DNA from: an uncultured Candidatus Saccharibacteria bacterium
GTDB lineage: Bacteria > Patescibacteriota > Minisyncoccia > Phycocordibacterales > UBA2100
DNA: 40,013 bases
Direction: 5' to 3'
Assembly (NCBI GenBank): GCA_964592945.1
Contig: CAZQGK010000001.1
Location: 9,224 to 49,236, forward strand
Part shown: positions 18,924-27,724 of the stretch, piece by piece
How positions within the stretch are numbered: the first letter of the stretch is position 1
Layout of the letters: every line of letters begins with the position of its first letter
Notes under the pieces: generated by a model
Databases searched by the model: none
Seen by the model: the letters and a program-made list of their open reading frames with translations, nothing else
Told to the model about the DNA's origin: nothing
Made by a program: the position numbers and the translations under genes

Positions 18924-20039
18924 TTACGTGCGTTGCATAACCTTTACCTCTTTGAATTTGGCGGGAAAGGGTTCGGACACGAACTCGACAACGAGCGGGA
19001 GGAAGTTCTTTTCCGATACAAGTTCCCCGAGTGTCCGCGTAGGAGTGAGAAACAGGTTTTGGGATACCAATTCGGCGATGTGTGCACCTAATTGCGGATC
19101 TGAAACTCCATCGGCGCGGAACACGCGTAGCACGATCTTCCCCGTGATGCGGCCGTCAACTAATTCTTCCGAGGCCTCGGCACGATAGTCGTCGGCCATT
19201 CCCGGCTCCAGTGAAAGTACCCTGTCGAATTCCTCGCGTCGCAAAATCGTCCCGGCAATTTTCAAGTAGTCGAACCCACGCCTGCCGACAATTTCAAAAG
19301 TAATCGCCTCACCGCACGGGCAGGGACCGCACATACGCACAATATCGCCGGTGCGATATCTTTCTATCGTAACTCCCTGCGGTAAATGTCTCGTCACCAG
19401 GAGGTCGCCGTACCCGTGCTCGTCCGGCTCGCGTATTTCTATCGTTACGTCCTTGGCGGGATGGTACTGGTTCAGAGGAGTGTGCCCGCACGACGGCAAC
19501 GACACGGGCAAAAACAATTCCGTCACATTGTACATAGTCCGGATGCGGGCAAAAGGGAAACTCTCGCGCAGTAATTTTACCCGTGGTTCGGTCATCACCT
19601 CGCCTGCGACATCCATAGTACTCACTCCGCGTCGAACATCCTCAGGAACGTTCGACGAGAGCTTGATGGCGAACGATATGAGCCCGCGTATATGGTCGGG
19701 TGCGAATTCACTGAGCAGACGGGGAAGCTCCGGAGTGAAATCGTCGTAATCCAGGGCAAGCGATGCAGATCTGTTGCACGCAGGGTTGCTCCTCATTATA
19801 ACGAGATACCTCAAACGTATGCTTCGCGTACCGACACAGGTAAGACGCCGTCTTGAGTCGCCCACCCAATCCGGCGCAAGACGCCCGGCCGCAACGGCCA
19901 GCATGAGCCCCTTACCTGTGCTTCCGGAGGTCGTACACAAGCAATACGCATACACGTCTTTGTGCCCTTCACGTATCACTTCAGCAAGAAGAGGATCGCA
20001 TATGACCCGCGGCGCGTCTTTACGCTCTAATATCTCCAT
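18924..20039 (-). CDS. Short PaaK/F390-synthetase-like adenylate-forming ligase A2
   Basis: 371 aa with CTTSGSTGKG (P-loop), YRTGDIVRM, CPCGEAITFEIVGRRGFDYLKIAG and a C-terminal KFKEVKV. The start lies 6 nt after the C1 stop. Confidence 0.8.
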   Translation of the reverse strand: MEILERKDAPRVICDPLLAEVIREGHKDVYAYCLCTTSGSTGKGLMLAVAAGRLAPDWVGDSRRRLTCVGTRSIRLRYLVIMRSNPACNRSASLALDYDDFTPELPRLLSEFAPDHIRGLISFAIKLSSNVPEDVRRGVSTMDVAGEVMTEPRVKLLRESFPFARIRTMYNVTELFLPVSLPSCGHTPLNQYHPAKDVTIEIREPDEHGYGDLLVTRHLPQGVTIERYRTGDIVRMCGPCPCGEAITFEIVGRRGFDYLKIAGTILRREEFDRVLSLEPGMADDYRAEASEELVDGRITGKIVLRVFRADGVSDPQLGAHIAELVSQNLFLTPTRTLGELVSEKNFLPLVVEFVSEPFPAKFKEVKVMQRT

Positions 20040-20045
20040 AGCGCC

Positions 20046-20270
20046 CTACTCCAAAAAACCTCCGCAACTAACAAAGAGTATCTTATTCGGATTTTGTTTC
20101 GGCGCTTGTTGCACGCCGCTATCGGGCGAGCACTCATTGTCCGAAGCAAGTTTCGGCGTATTGTTGTGAGCGAAAAATTGCTGTACGTATATATATGTGT
20201 ACAAGAGCGCGGCAAACACGAAGGCCGCAGCGACGATGACCATTTGGCGGATAGTGATGCGCTCTCGCAT
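20046..20270 (-). CDS. Tail peptide C1: 74-aa N-terminally membrane-anchored peptide ending ...NPNKILFVSCGGFLE
   Basis: It has a basic N-terminus (MRERITIRQ) and a TM helix (MVIVAAAFVFAALLYTYIYV). The C-terminal SCGGF is shared with three other small ORFs but encoded by different codons. TACAAT lies 6 nt upstream of the ATG. Confidence 0.75.
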   Translation of the reverse strand: MRERITIRQMVIVAAAFVFAALLYTYIYVQQFFAHNNTPKLASDNECSPDSGVQQAPKQNPNKILFVSCGGFLE

Positions 20271-20276
20271 AATTTC

Positions 20277-20282
20277 ATTGTA
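20277..20282 (-). promoter_or_regulatory. -10 box (TACAAT) 6 nt from the C1 ATG; TTGCCC lies 16 nt further upstream
   Basis: The reverse strand reads TTGCCC-16 nt-TACAAT-gaaatt-ATG, with no SD. The spacer contains the 20288..20303 inverted repeat. Confidence 0.4.
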
Positions 20283-20324
20283 GCGCGTGCCCGTACGCGG
20301 GCAAGCCGCGGCTATATTACCGCC

Positions 20325-22031
20325 ATGTTACAATGGGGCACCATGTGTTTTTCTCCGAAGGAGCTTCCGAGCGGAGCCGTTTTGGGAGGATGTCTACTGG
20401 CCGTTCTTGCTCTTGCTCTGCTGGGAGTGTTCATATTCCGGGAGTGGACGACCTCTTTCTTCAGCTCCGCATTGCAACAAGCTAACGTCATCGAAACCGT
20501 AAGCGTACAAGGGGGCACCTACCATGTCGATCGCGGCTTCGTCTCAACATCAGATGCCGTTCCGGTCCAACCCGCACGAAAGATCGGGGCGCTCCGCCTT
20601 GCATACGCACTTACGCTTGCGAAGCGTTCGCCTCTCATCGCCCTTGCGGGAACGGATGCGGACAAACTGGATACGGCAACCACGCAATTGGAGGCGGTGC
20701 AGAATGCATTGGCCGATTTACAGAGCGAAGAAAACGACAAGAGACTGATCCGGAATACGCTCTTTCCCATACGTTGGCTCCGGGCGCTTGCGGATACCGA
20801 ACGGGCCCGGCAGGCATTTCTCACGAACAGTTCCGATCAAAATGAGACGAGGTATCGTGCGGCGCTTGAAGCTGCCGCCGTGGCTTTTGAGAGCGATTTG
20901 AGCCGGTACCGTGCGGCATTTGCGCAGACTGCGATTCCTTCCCAACGGATTGCCGTGATGAGCGGGATCGAAACCACGGAGAGCATTCTGCATGCGATAG
21001 ATGAGGCCGGGGCAGGCATGCAGGCAACGGGGTCGCGTCTGCGCAATCGAGAACGTTGCCTTTCGGGTCTCTTTTGGTTTTGTGGTGAGCGGGATCTCGC
21101 CATTCCTGCACTGGACGAACCACGCGACGTGCGATCGGGTGCGGCATCTCGCCTTCCCGCGGACGTGAACGATATGCTCGATCTATACGCCGCGGTCTTT
21201 GGGTTACCGGCGCTGAAGAACCGGACGGTATTTGCCATCAGTGACGATTCTTGTATCGAACCGAGACCGCTACCGCATTATTTCGTGATACCTCCGGACA
21301 ATGGAGCTGGTGTCCCCGACCTAGTACCCCCGATGCTATTTGTGGGAGACACGACTATTAACCGCATTGTAGAGCCGTCTGCGAATTGGAGAACGTTTAA
21401 TCAATATCTTTTGGATCTTGGCGTGAAATATACGCCGGGGAATCCGATCAGCTATTATCAATGTCCTGAGCTAAGAGGTCTTCAGGGGCATATCTTCGGT
21501 ATCGACGCCGTGTTCGAGGAAATACAAAAGGATCCGTCGTGGGCGAAACGCTTCGGTCATGTTTCCGTGGCCGGCACGCGCGTGATATCAGATGGTGACA
21601 TCACCGCATTCCTTGCCTCGACGACGCGCGCCGCGTCCGGGAACGGATCACCGTCGTCCGAGCGCGATCTTCTGACCGAGTTATCACTCATGGTCAAGAA
21701 TCGAAGTGCGGCGCTTGATCGGCTGGTCGCAGCAATTGCAACCATAGATCGTACAATTCCCGGACTGAAACAGTACGGCATTCACGAGGGATTTGACGCG
21801 AACTACCTTCTGATCGCTAAAAGCGGTTTTCCACAACTTTTTGAGACCCAAAATCCGTCGGTCGTCGGCACTACATCAATCTCAGTATTTGTCGGTAAGG
21901 GCTCTCCTCGTCCTTCGAACTCGCTGTGGTATTCACAATTGCCGGAGGAAGAAAAAATCACGGCCATGTCCGACTTGAAGGTGTGGGTCCGGCTGCATCG
22001 AGAATTCCTTAAGTCCGGCGTTGCTCCGTGA
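20325..22031 (+). CDS. D-family protein D1: membrane-anchored, uncharacterised, four conserved Cys
   Basis: The start is set at ATG 20325, with TATATT 6 nt upstream. The track start 20094 overlaps the divergent C1 gene. It has a TM helix (AVLGGCLLAVLALALLGVFIF) and blocks shared with D2 and D3: ALRLAYA..A.RSPL.AL.GTD, C-x2-G-x4-C and Y.C.E. Confidence 0.7.
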   Translation: MLQWGTMCFSPKELPSGAVLGGCLLAVLALALLGVFIFREWTTSFFSSALQQANVIETVSVQGGTYHVDRGFVSTSDAVPVQPARKIGALRLAYALTLAKRSPLIALAGTDADKLDTATTQLEAVQNALADLQSEENDKRLIRNTLFPIRWLRALADTERARQAFLTNSSDQNETRYRAALEAAAVAFESDLSRYRAAFAQTAIPSQRIAVMSGIETTESILHAIDEAGAGMQATGSRLRNRERCLSGLFWFCGERDLAIPALDEPRDVRSGAASRLPADVNDMLDLYAAVFGLPALKNRTVFAISDDSCIEPRPLPHYFVIPPDNGAGVPDLVPPMLFVGDTTINRIVEPSANWRTFNQYLLDLGVKYTPGNPISYYQCPELRGLQGHIFGIDAVFEEIQKDPSWAKRFGHVSVAGTRVISDGDITAFLASTTRAASGNGSPSSERDLLTELSLMVKNRSAALDRLVAAIATIDRTIPGLKQYGIHEGFDANYLLIAKSGFPQLFETQNPSVVGTTSISVFVGKGSPRPSNSLWYSQLPEEEKITAMSDLKVWVRLHREFLKSGVAP

Positions 22032-22047
22032 CCCGTACGTGGAGATG

Positions 22048-22425
22048 TCACACAGGAAATTCGCGTCTCTCAACCTCGCGAACCCTCTCCGGCTTAAAGT
22101 ACTTCTTAGCCAGCACAAAAAAACGCTCCGCTTTGGCGTCGTTATTTTCTGAATAATGACAATAAAACAGACGGATATGTGCGGTGCCGGCTTCGGGCCA
22201 TGTGTGTATGTCAACGCTGGATTCTCCAATTATCACAGAGACCGTCACTCCGCCTGCACCCTCAAACTTTTTACTCGCGACCGGCTCATATACCGTAAAG
22301 CCGGCCTTGCGCACGAGTCCTGCAAACGCAGCGCCTAGATCTGCATCGGTCAGTGCTGCGACATTCGCACAGTCCTGAAAAATCCAGCCGCGATCGATGC
22401 TTATGGTATCGTTCATGGTCCGCAA
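22048..22425 (-). CDS. speH: S-adenosylmethionine decarboxylase proenzyme (small, pyruvoyl-dependent type)
   Basis: 125 aa with VIIGESSVDIHTWPE, which is the self-cleavage Glu-Ser site and the HTWPE motif. Confidence 0.85.
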   Translation of the reverse strand: MRTMNDTISIDRGWIFQDCANVAALTDADLGAAFAGLVRKAGFTVYEPVASKKFEGAGGVTVSVIIGESSVDIHTWPEAGTAHIRLFYCHYSENNDAKAERFFVLAKKYFKPERVREVERREFPV

Positions 22426-22428
22426 ATC

Positions 22429-24093
22429 TTACGGAGTACTAATGATGCTCGGTAATCCGCGTTCGTATTCTAACTGTCGGACCGCATTAAATCTATACTG
22501 TGGCTGAAGGAATTGAGAAACAGCGGGATTGCGGTCAGTGGATATGATGTCCTTATGAGTGTCAAAATACCGGCGCTCAAACGGCGGCATGTGGAACAGT
22601 CCGGCATGCCTGGAGGATTCGTACCAATGATCCCCCTCAACAACTTTCTTCCTGCGAACGACGCGCGGATCGTATGCATCACTTGCAATGACCGATGCTT
22701 GGATTGCATCTGTCGTGCTACGTATTCCTCCCGCATATTCATACCGGTAGGTATATTTGAACACAGATCGTATGGTGGCTAAAATTACCGTCTGCGCCTC
22801 CAGATACTGGTTATTTGGTATGTGCGGGACAAGTATTCCGCCGGGAGAGAGGCGTGTCTTAGCAAGTTCATAAAACTCCTTCGACCACATACTGCTAAGC
22901 TGTGCCCTGCGCGGAGCAGGCACGTCGACGATTATTATGTCGAACTGTTGGTCGGTTTGTTGAAGGAACGTACGCCCATCCATGAAATGGCGTTCAATAC
23001 GTGGGTCATCAAAAACGCCGCCATTCATCTTTTGCAGATATTTTCGCGAAAGATTCACAAGCTTCTCGTCTATGTCCACATGCACAATGTGCGGGATGCC
23101 GGCGCGAACCAGTTGATACAGCGCTCCCCCGTCACCTCCACCGATGACCAATACTCGTTGCGCATCCGGATGTGCATTCACGGCCGGGAGGACGGAAAAT
23201 TCATGGTATGCGCGCGAAACCGTTCCTACGAATAACGTATCATCGAAATACAGGGAGATCCCGAAGGTGGGGTGGTCTATTATGGCGCTGTATTGAAATG
23301 GGGAGTGCGCGGCCTCGATCGGATTATAACGTGTTGCTAAACGAAAGAACGAGAGACTCGCTTCGGTAAAATACTTCTGAGAGCCGAAAAGAAGCGTACT
23401 TCCTCCAATTAATACCGCGATAGAAAGCACTATCCCGAATAGCTTTTTCTTCTCAACAAGGGAAAAAATGAGGAATACCGTGGCCGCATTTAGAATACCG
23501 CCTGCAATCATTGTCCCTTCGAGTCCAAGGAGCGGAATGAAGAAAATGCCTGCAGTTAACGCTCCGAGTACACCACCTAGGGTGTCCCCGGCATACACAA
23601 CACCGACATGCGTCCCGGAATGGGTCTCGCCTCGCTCCAACCATTGAACGGCCACCGGCAACTCGATACCCATGAGAAACGAGGGAAAAAGCAACGCCCA
23701 TGAAATGAACAGCGACTTCATCGCGAAAGTGGAAGAGTATATCCCGAGTGCCTCGGCAAGCGCAAAAAAAGAAAAGCCGTATAGCGCTATAAGCGCCTCG
23801 GCAACAACAAACAACAGAAGGAGGGGGTACTTGCGTCGCGTATACCAGGCGCCGGCAAATGCACCGAGCCCCAATCCTCCCATGAACCCTCCGATGACCA
23901 TGCCGGCGGAAAATTCAGTAATACCGACGAGGGTGGTTACAAATGAAAGCAACACCACTTCGTACATAATGCTCGCCATCCCGGTAGCAAAGAGGATAAG
24001 AAATAACAATGTGAGCGCGGTCGAATAGCCGACGTACGTGCCTGCATATGAACGAATCAACTGCAACATAATGGTCCGGATATTAATGTGCAT
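22429..24093 (-). CDS. speE: Polytopic membrane domain fused to a spermidine/polyamine synthase domain
   Basis: 554 aa. The N-terminal ~220 aa are multi-TM. The C-terminal part has VLVIGGGDGGALYQLV, VDIDEKLV and DIIIVDVPAP (aminopropyltransferase fold). The start at 24093 overlaps the E2 stop by 11 nt; ATG 24069 is an alternative. Confidence 0.8.
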   Translation of the reverse strand: MHINIRTIMLQLIRSYAGTYVGYSTALTLLFLILFATGMASIMYEVVLLSFVTTLVGITEFSAGMVIGGFMGGLGLGAFAGAWYTRRKYPLLLLFVVAEALIALYGFSFFALAEALGIYSSTFAMKSLFISWALLFPSFLMGIELPVAVQWLERGETHSGTHVGVVYAGDTLGGVLGALTAGIFFIPLLGLEGTMIAGGILNAATVFLIFSLVEKKKLFGIVLSIAVLIGGSTLLFGSQKYFTEASLSFFRLATRYNPIEAAHSPFQYSAIIDHPTFGISLYFDDTLFVGTVSRAYHEFSVLPAVNAHPDAQRVLVIGGGDGGALYQLVRAGIPHIVHVDIDEKLVNLSRKYLQKMNGGVFDDPRIERHFMDGRTFLQQTDQQFDIIIVDVPAPRRAQLSSMWSKEFYELAKTRLSPGGILVPHIPNNQYLEAQTVILATIRSVFKYTYRYEYAGGIRSTTDAIQASVIASDAYDPRVVRRKKVVEGDHWYESSRHAGLFHMPPFERRYFDTHKDIISTDRNPAVSQFLQPQYRFNAVRQLEYERGLPSIISTP

Positions 24094-25441
24094 AGGATTC
24101 TGTATGGCCCGCAGCCTTCCGGGCCTCTTCGCGAATACGGCCGCTTTGCATGATGAGCTCCAACTGTTCCGCGGTAGTATCTTCGAGTATCGCGTCCGCC
24201 GATCGATATAGTATGCCTTCCGGCTTTACCCTGCCGGAACCGAGGAAATTGGGCTTTTCAGCAATCCTCCACACGCTCTCATTAAACGGTAGATAGTAGA
24301 TGCTCGGATGAGTGCGCATGAGAACCCAGTACCATGCAAGGTGGGACGTGAACGTACCGTGCCGCATATGATCTTTCGCGTTCTCAAGGACGGTCTGGTG
24401 GTCCTCTACGCATGCTCCGAGAAGCAGATCGATCAGGCTCGATTTTTGCGCCCGCAGTGCTTGCGCGTCGAGCGACGGCCTGCGATGGATATCAACGATC
24501 GTCGAAACATCCGCCCAATATGTCTGATCGCGCATCGTATAAAAGTTTGTTGACGGCTGATACCAATATGGTATCCCCTTGCCTCTGAGATGCGCCAGTG
24601 AGCTCAGTTTTGTTGTATCAGGACCGATTTTCTGGAAGAGAAATAGATCAAGCGCAGAGATTTTGAGGCTCACGGTGCCGCTCCGATCATCGCGCACGAT
24701 ATAGAGCATGAACGGGTGTGTGGTCGGCGTACCGTCAAACTGTGATAGTTCGTATGCAAAAGGTCCGTGCTTCTCGAGGATGGTGCTGCGTCGAAATGGT
24801 AAGGAATGAGTGAGCTCGAGTTCGTGAAGGTGGGCGTAGCGTGCGGGGGCAGTACACTGCCGGTATTTCAGATCTGTTTCCGCAGTAGTTGGCTTTGGGA
24901 TCCGGGAACATTCCTTCCCCGCGGCAATCTCTTGGCGTGCTATAAGCTCGACACGCAGCCGATCTGCATTCGCACGAAGCGTCCGTAACGTGTGGTTAAT
25001 ATCCGAAAGAGTACTCGTGTTGCCATGCATATCCTGCAGCGGAGCCGCTTCTGCATTCTTGCGGTCAAGGCTGAGAAGTATGCGGTGCATCCGCGTGAAG
25101 CGCGCGACATCGGCACCATACGCGCTGCACGTAACATCCCATGCTTCAAGCAGATCACGCTGTGAGCGCCCGGTCGGGTTCGCGAGAAAGTGCCGGCGGC
25201 AGCGCTCGCTCTCGATGAACGCCCGAATGAACGACAGGGGAATGGCGTACCGCGTAAGCGGGTACCGCGTAAGGAACAAGCGTCGCATGAGCGAATGACC
25301 GCCGACTGCCTCCTCGAATTCACGGGCGACCGACTGAATGGCATCAAGCGCCGTCTCGGCGCGCTCAAGGTCCATGCCCACAGCGGCAAAGAGAGGGTCG
25401 TTTCGCACCAGATCAACAAATGTTTCCGTAACGCCTTTCAT
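24083..25441 (-). CDS. E-family protein E2 (paralogue of E1)
   Basis: The start is set at ATG 25441 (MKGVTETFVDLVRNDPLFAAVG), which aligns with the E1 N-terminus. TATACT lies 6 nt upstream. The track start 25465 adds 8 aa. It is collinear with E1 to the C-terminus (TTAEQLELIMQSGRIREEAR versus TTPEEMDLIMQGGRIRKEAR). Confidence 0.7.
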   Translation of the reverse strand: MKGVTETFVDLVRNDPLFAAVGMDLERAETALDAIQSVAREFEEAVGGHSLMRRLFLTRYPLTRYAIPLSFIRAFIESERCRRHFLANPTGRSQRDLLEAWDVTCSAYGADVARFTRMHRILLSLDRKNAEAAPLQDMHGNTSTLSDINHTLRTLRANADRLRVELIARQEIAAGKECSRIPKPTTAETDLKYRQCTAPARYAHLHELELTHSLPFRRSTILEKHGPFAYELSQFDGTPTTHPFMLYIVRDDRSGTVSLKISALDLFLFQKIGPDTTKLSSLAHLRGKGIPYWYQPSTNFYTMRDQTYWADVSTIVDIHRRPSLDAQALRAQKSSLIDLLLGACVEDHQTVLENAKDHMRHGTFTSHLAWYWVLMRTHPSIYYLPFNESVWRIAEKPNFLGSGRVKPEGILYRSADAILEDTTAEQLELIMQSGRIREEARKAAGHTESYAH

Positions 25442-25542
25442 GGCGATAGTATACCCTTTTGCCAAGGCAAAACGATTAGTATAGTATCAGCCACTGGTTC
25501 AAATCGTGGCGGATATCCGTCACAAGTACAAGGAGAAGGACA

Positions 25543-26535
25543 TTGAAAATACTTGCAAGAGTGGCTGCTGCGGCCGTGTTGGTCGTTGCATCTCTTGGGT
25601 TCGCGCAAGCGTATCCCGATGGGCCGGTGCGCGTTATAGTCCCGACGCAGGCCGGTAACCCGGCTGATATCGTGACGAGGATCTTGTGCGACAAGTTGAG
25701 TGAGATCCTCGGGGCTCGATTCTTCGTCGAAAACCGCCCCGGAGCATTCGGCGAGATCGCGTTCCGTGACCTCGTGCGGGCAGCTCCGGACGGTTACACG
25801 TTGGGGCACTCCGGCAACGGCCCGATAACTATCCTACCCGCTGCGCGAGTTGCAGCGGATATGCCGAAAGACAAGATCCCGTACGACCCGATACGGGATC
25901 TCGAGCCCATCAACTTCACCGCTTACGACCAATTCGTCTTTGCGGTGCCGAGGAGTAGTCCATTTCGCTCCTCGAAAGAGCTGGTGGACTATGCCCGGGC
26001 ACATCCCGATGAGCTCGCGATAGCCGCGGGTACACCGAGCGGCAGGTTGGCGGTTGCCTTCCTCAACGCAATCCCTGGCGTGCGCGTCAGGGAAATCGGA
26101 TCCGGACAAGGAGAGGAAACAGCGTACCGGGATATCCGTAGCGGCGAGAAGATTGACGGTATCTTCTCCACGGTGCTCGGGGCTCTTCCGAAAGAAGACA
26201 TCGTGCGACCGCTTGCCCTCGTCGGCGGGACCAGAACCCCACTGTTTCCAAACGTGCCAACGATGGTCGAAGAAGGATTCGAGACCTTCGACGCGAGAAT
26301 GGAAGCCTGGTACGCCTTCACCGGGCCGAAGGGACTTCCAAAGCCCATCATCGAGAAGCTGAGTAAGGCGATCGATACGGCCGTGCGCGATCCGCGCGTC
26401 CAAGAAAGGTTGGCGAAAATCGGCATCACGACTCGCCATTCGACAACCGCGGTTCTCAGCGATGAGATTGCGCGGCAGTACAAGGGACTGGCGGCGTTTA
26501 TGAAGGAGAACGGGGTCAAGTTGCTCGGTAAGTAG
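25543..26535 (+). CDS. Bug/TctC-family solute-binding protein (TctC-2), orphan
   Basis: 330 aa with a TTG start after AGGAGAAGGA. The signal peptide ends FAQA and is followed by YPDGPVRVIVPTQAGNPADIVTRIL. Confidence 0.85.
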   Translation: MKILARVAAAAVLVVASLGFAQAYPDGPVRVIVPTQAGNPADIVTRILCDKLSEILGARFFVENRPGAFGEIAFRDLVRAAPDGYTLGHSGNGPITILPAARVAADMPKDKIPYDPIRDLEPINFTAYDQFVFAVPRSSPFRSSKELVDYARAHPDELAIAAGTPSGRLAVAFLNAIPGVRVREIGSGQGEETAYRDIRSGEKIDGIFSTVLGALPKEDIVRPLALVGGTRTPLFPNVPTMVEEGFETFDARMEAWYAFTGPKGLPKPIIEKLSKAIDTAVRDPRVQERLAKIGITTRHSTTAVLSDEIARQYKGLAAFMKENGVKLLGK

Positions 26536-26562
26536 TCACCGTATTCTCCACCGACATGAAAA

Positions 26563-26591
26563 GGCGGCAGCGAAATCTGCCGTCTTTTTTT
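26563..26591. terminator. Bidirectional intrinsic terminator between convergent TctC-2 and A3
   Basis: 8-bp stem (ggcggcag / ctgccgtc, one G-U pair) with a 6-nt loop. It is flanked by AAAA upstream and TTTTTTTATTTTT downstream. Confidence 0.65.
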
Positions 26592-26605
26592 ATTTTTACT
26601 GCGCT

Positions 26606-27724
26606 CTATTGCGAGACTCGTCTAAGCTTCACGTCTTTATGTTTTTGAGGAAAGGGCTTGGCGGAAAATGTAACAGTAAGCGGCAAAAACGCGCCCTTCC
26701 CAACCAGGTCGGCAAGCGTCTGCGTGGGCGTAAGAAATACCGCGCGGGAAAAATTGCGGGCAATTTCTTCGGCGAGCGCGGGCGTGCCCTGCCCTTTGCG
26801 AGAGAAGACGTGCAGAATGATACTGCCTTTAAGTTTTCCATTGACAAGCTTTTCCCCCGCTTCCACTCGATAATCATCGATAGAATGCGCAAAGAGCGCG
26901 GCAACCCGATCAAATTCTTCGCGGCGGACGATGGTGCCTGAGATCTTGATATAGTCGTTGCCACCGCGGCCAAGATGTTCAAATGTGACCGGAGCGCCGC
27001 ATACGCACGGCTCGTTACTCAAGCGGCCTATATCGCCGATCGCATATCGCTCAATGTGTTCTCCGTACGAAAGGATTTTGGAGACGATAATATCGCCTAC
27101 TTCCGTTTCGTCCCTATCAATAATATCGATTTTGACGTCGGGTGCCTCGTGGTAGACATTTGGCGGGAGGTTTGTGCACTGCACGCCGATGAGGCCGATC
27201 TCGTTCGTCCCGTAGAACATCGTGATGCGGGCAAGCGGCGCAAGCGACCGGAAGGATTTGAGGCGCGCTGGCTCCAGGCGCTCGCCGGCGAGTCGGAACG
27301 TGCGAATAGCCTGAGGTACGACGGGCGTGGAAACCTTGAGTACGAGCCCGATAAACGATGCGGTCCCCGATACCTCGTCGGGCATAAGATCCTCGAGTAT
27401 GTTTCCGAGTCGCGGAACATCCTCATTATCAATGTTCAATACTGATCTCGGTTTCTCGCCGCGCGCGTGTCTGAAGTGGAGCGTGTTTGCCAGCCGGACA
27501 TTTCGTGAGCCCATACAGATGAGGAGATTTGAAGTCTCCGCGTACTTCGAAAACTGTCGGTCACCGTACTCTAGGACTGAGACGATAGGAGTGTCAGACG
27601 TCCCAGACGTAAGCCTGATGCCGAACCGGCAAGCCTCACGTGGCACAGAGGCAATAAAATCTTCGAGTAGCCGCGCATCGACCGCCGCGATATCTGTGCG
27701 ATCTACGAATCCTCCATCCGTCAT
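26606..27724 (-). CDS. Short PaaK/F390-synthetase-like adenylate-forming ligase A3
   Basis: 372 aa with RLTSGTSDTP (a variant P-loop), FYGTNEIG, YAIGDIGRL, CVCGAPVTFEHLGRGGNDYIKISG and a C-terminal KHKDVKL. It has an ATGA overlap with the B3 stop. Confidence 0.75.
   Translation of the reverse strand: MTDGGFVDRTDIAAVDARLLEDFIASVPREACRFGIRLTSGTSDTPIVSVLEYGDRQFSKYAETSNLLICMGSRNVRLANTLHFRHARGEKPRSVLNIDNEDVPRLGNILEDLMPDEVSGTASFIGLVLKVSTPVVPQAIRTFRLAGERLEPARLKSFRSLAPLARITMFYGTNEIGLIGVQCTNLPPNVYHEAPDVKIDIIDRDETEVGDIIVSKILSYGEHIERYAIGDIGRLSNEPCVCGAPVTFEHLGRGGNDYIKISGTIVRREEFDRVAALFAHSIDDYRVEAGEKLVNGKLKGSIILHVFSRKGQGTPALAEEIARNFSRAVFLTPTQTLADLVGKGAFLPLTVTFSAKPFPQKHKDVKLRRVSQ

Noticed and set aside
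20046-20100. Resemblance of CGGFL to the opioid/enkephalin core YGGFL
   Set aside because: A four-residue match in a bacterial peptide has no supporting context and is most likely coincidence.
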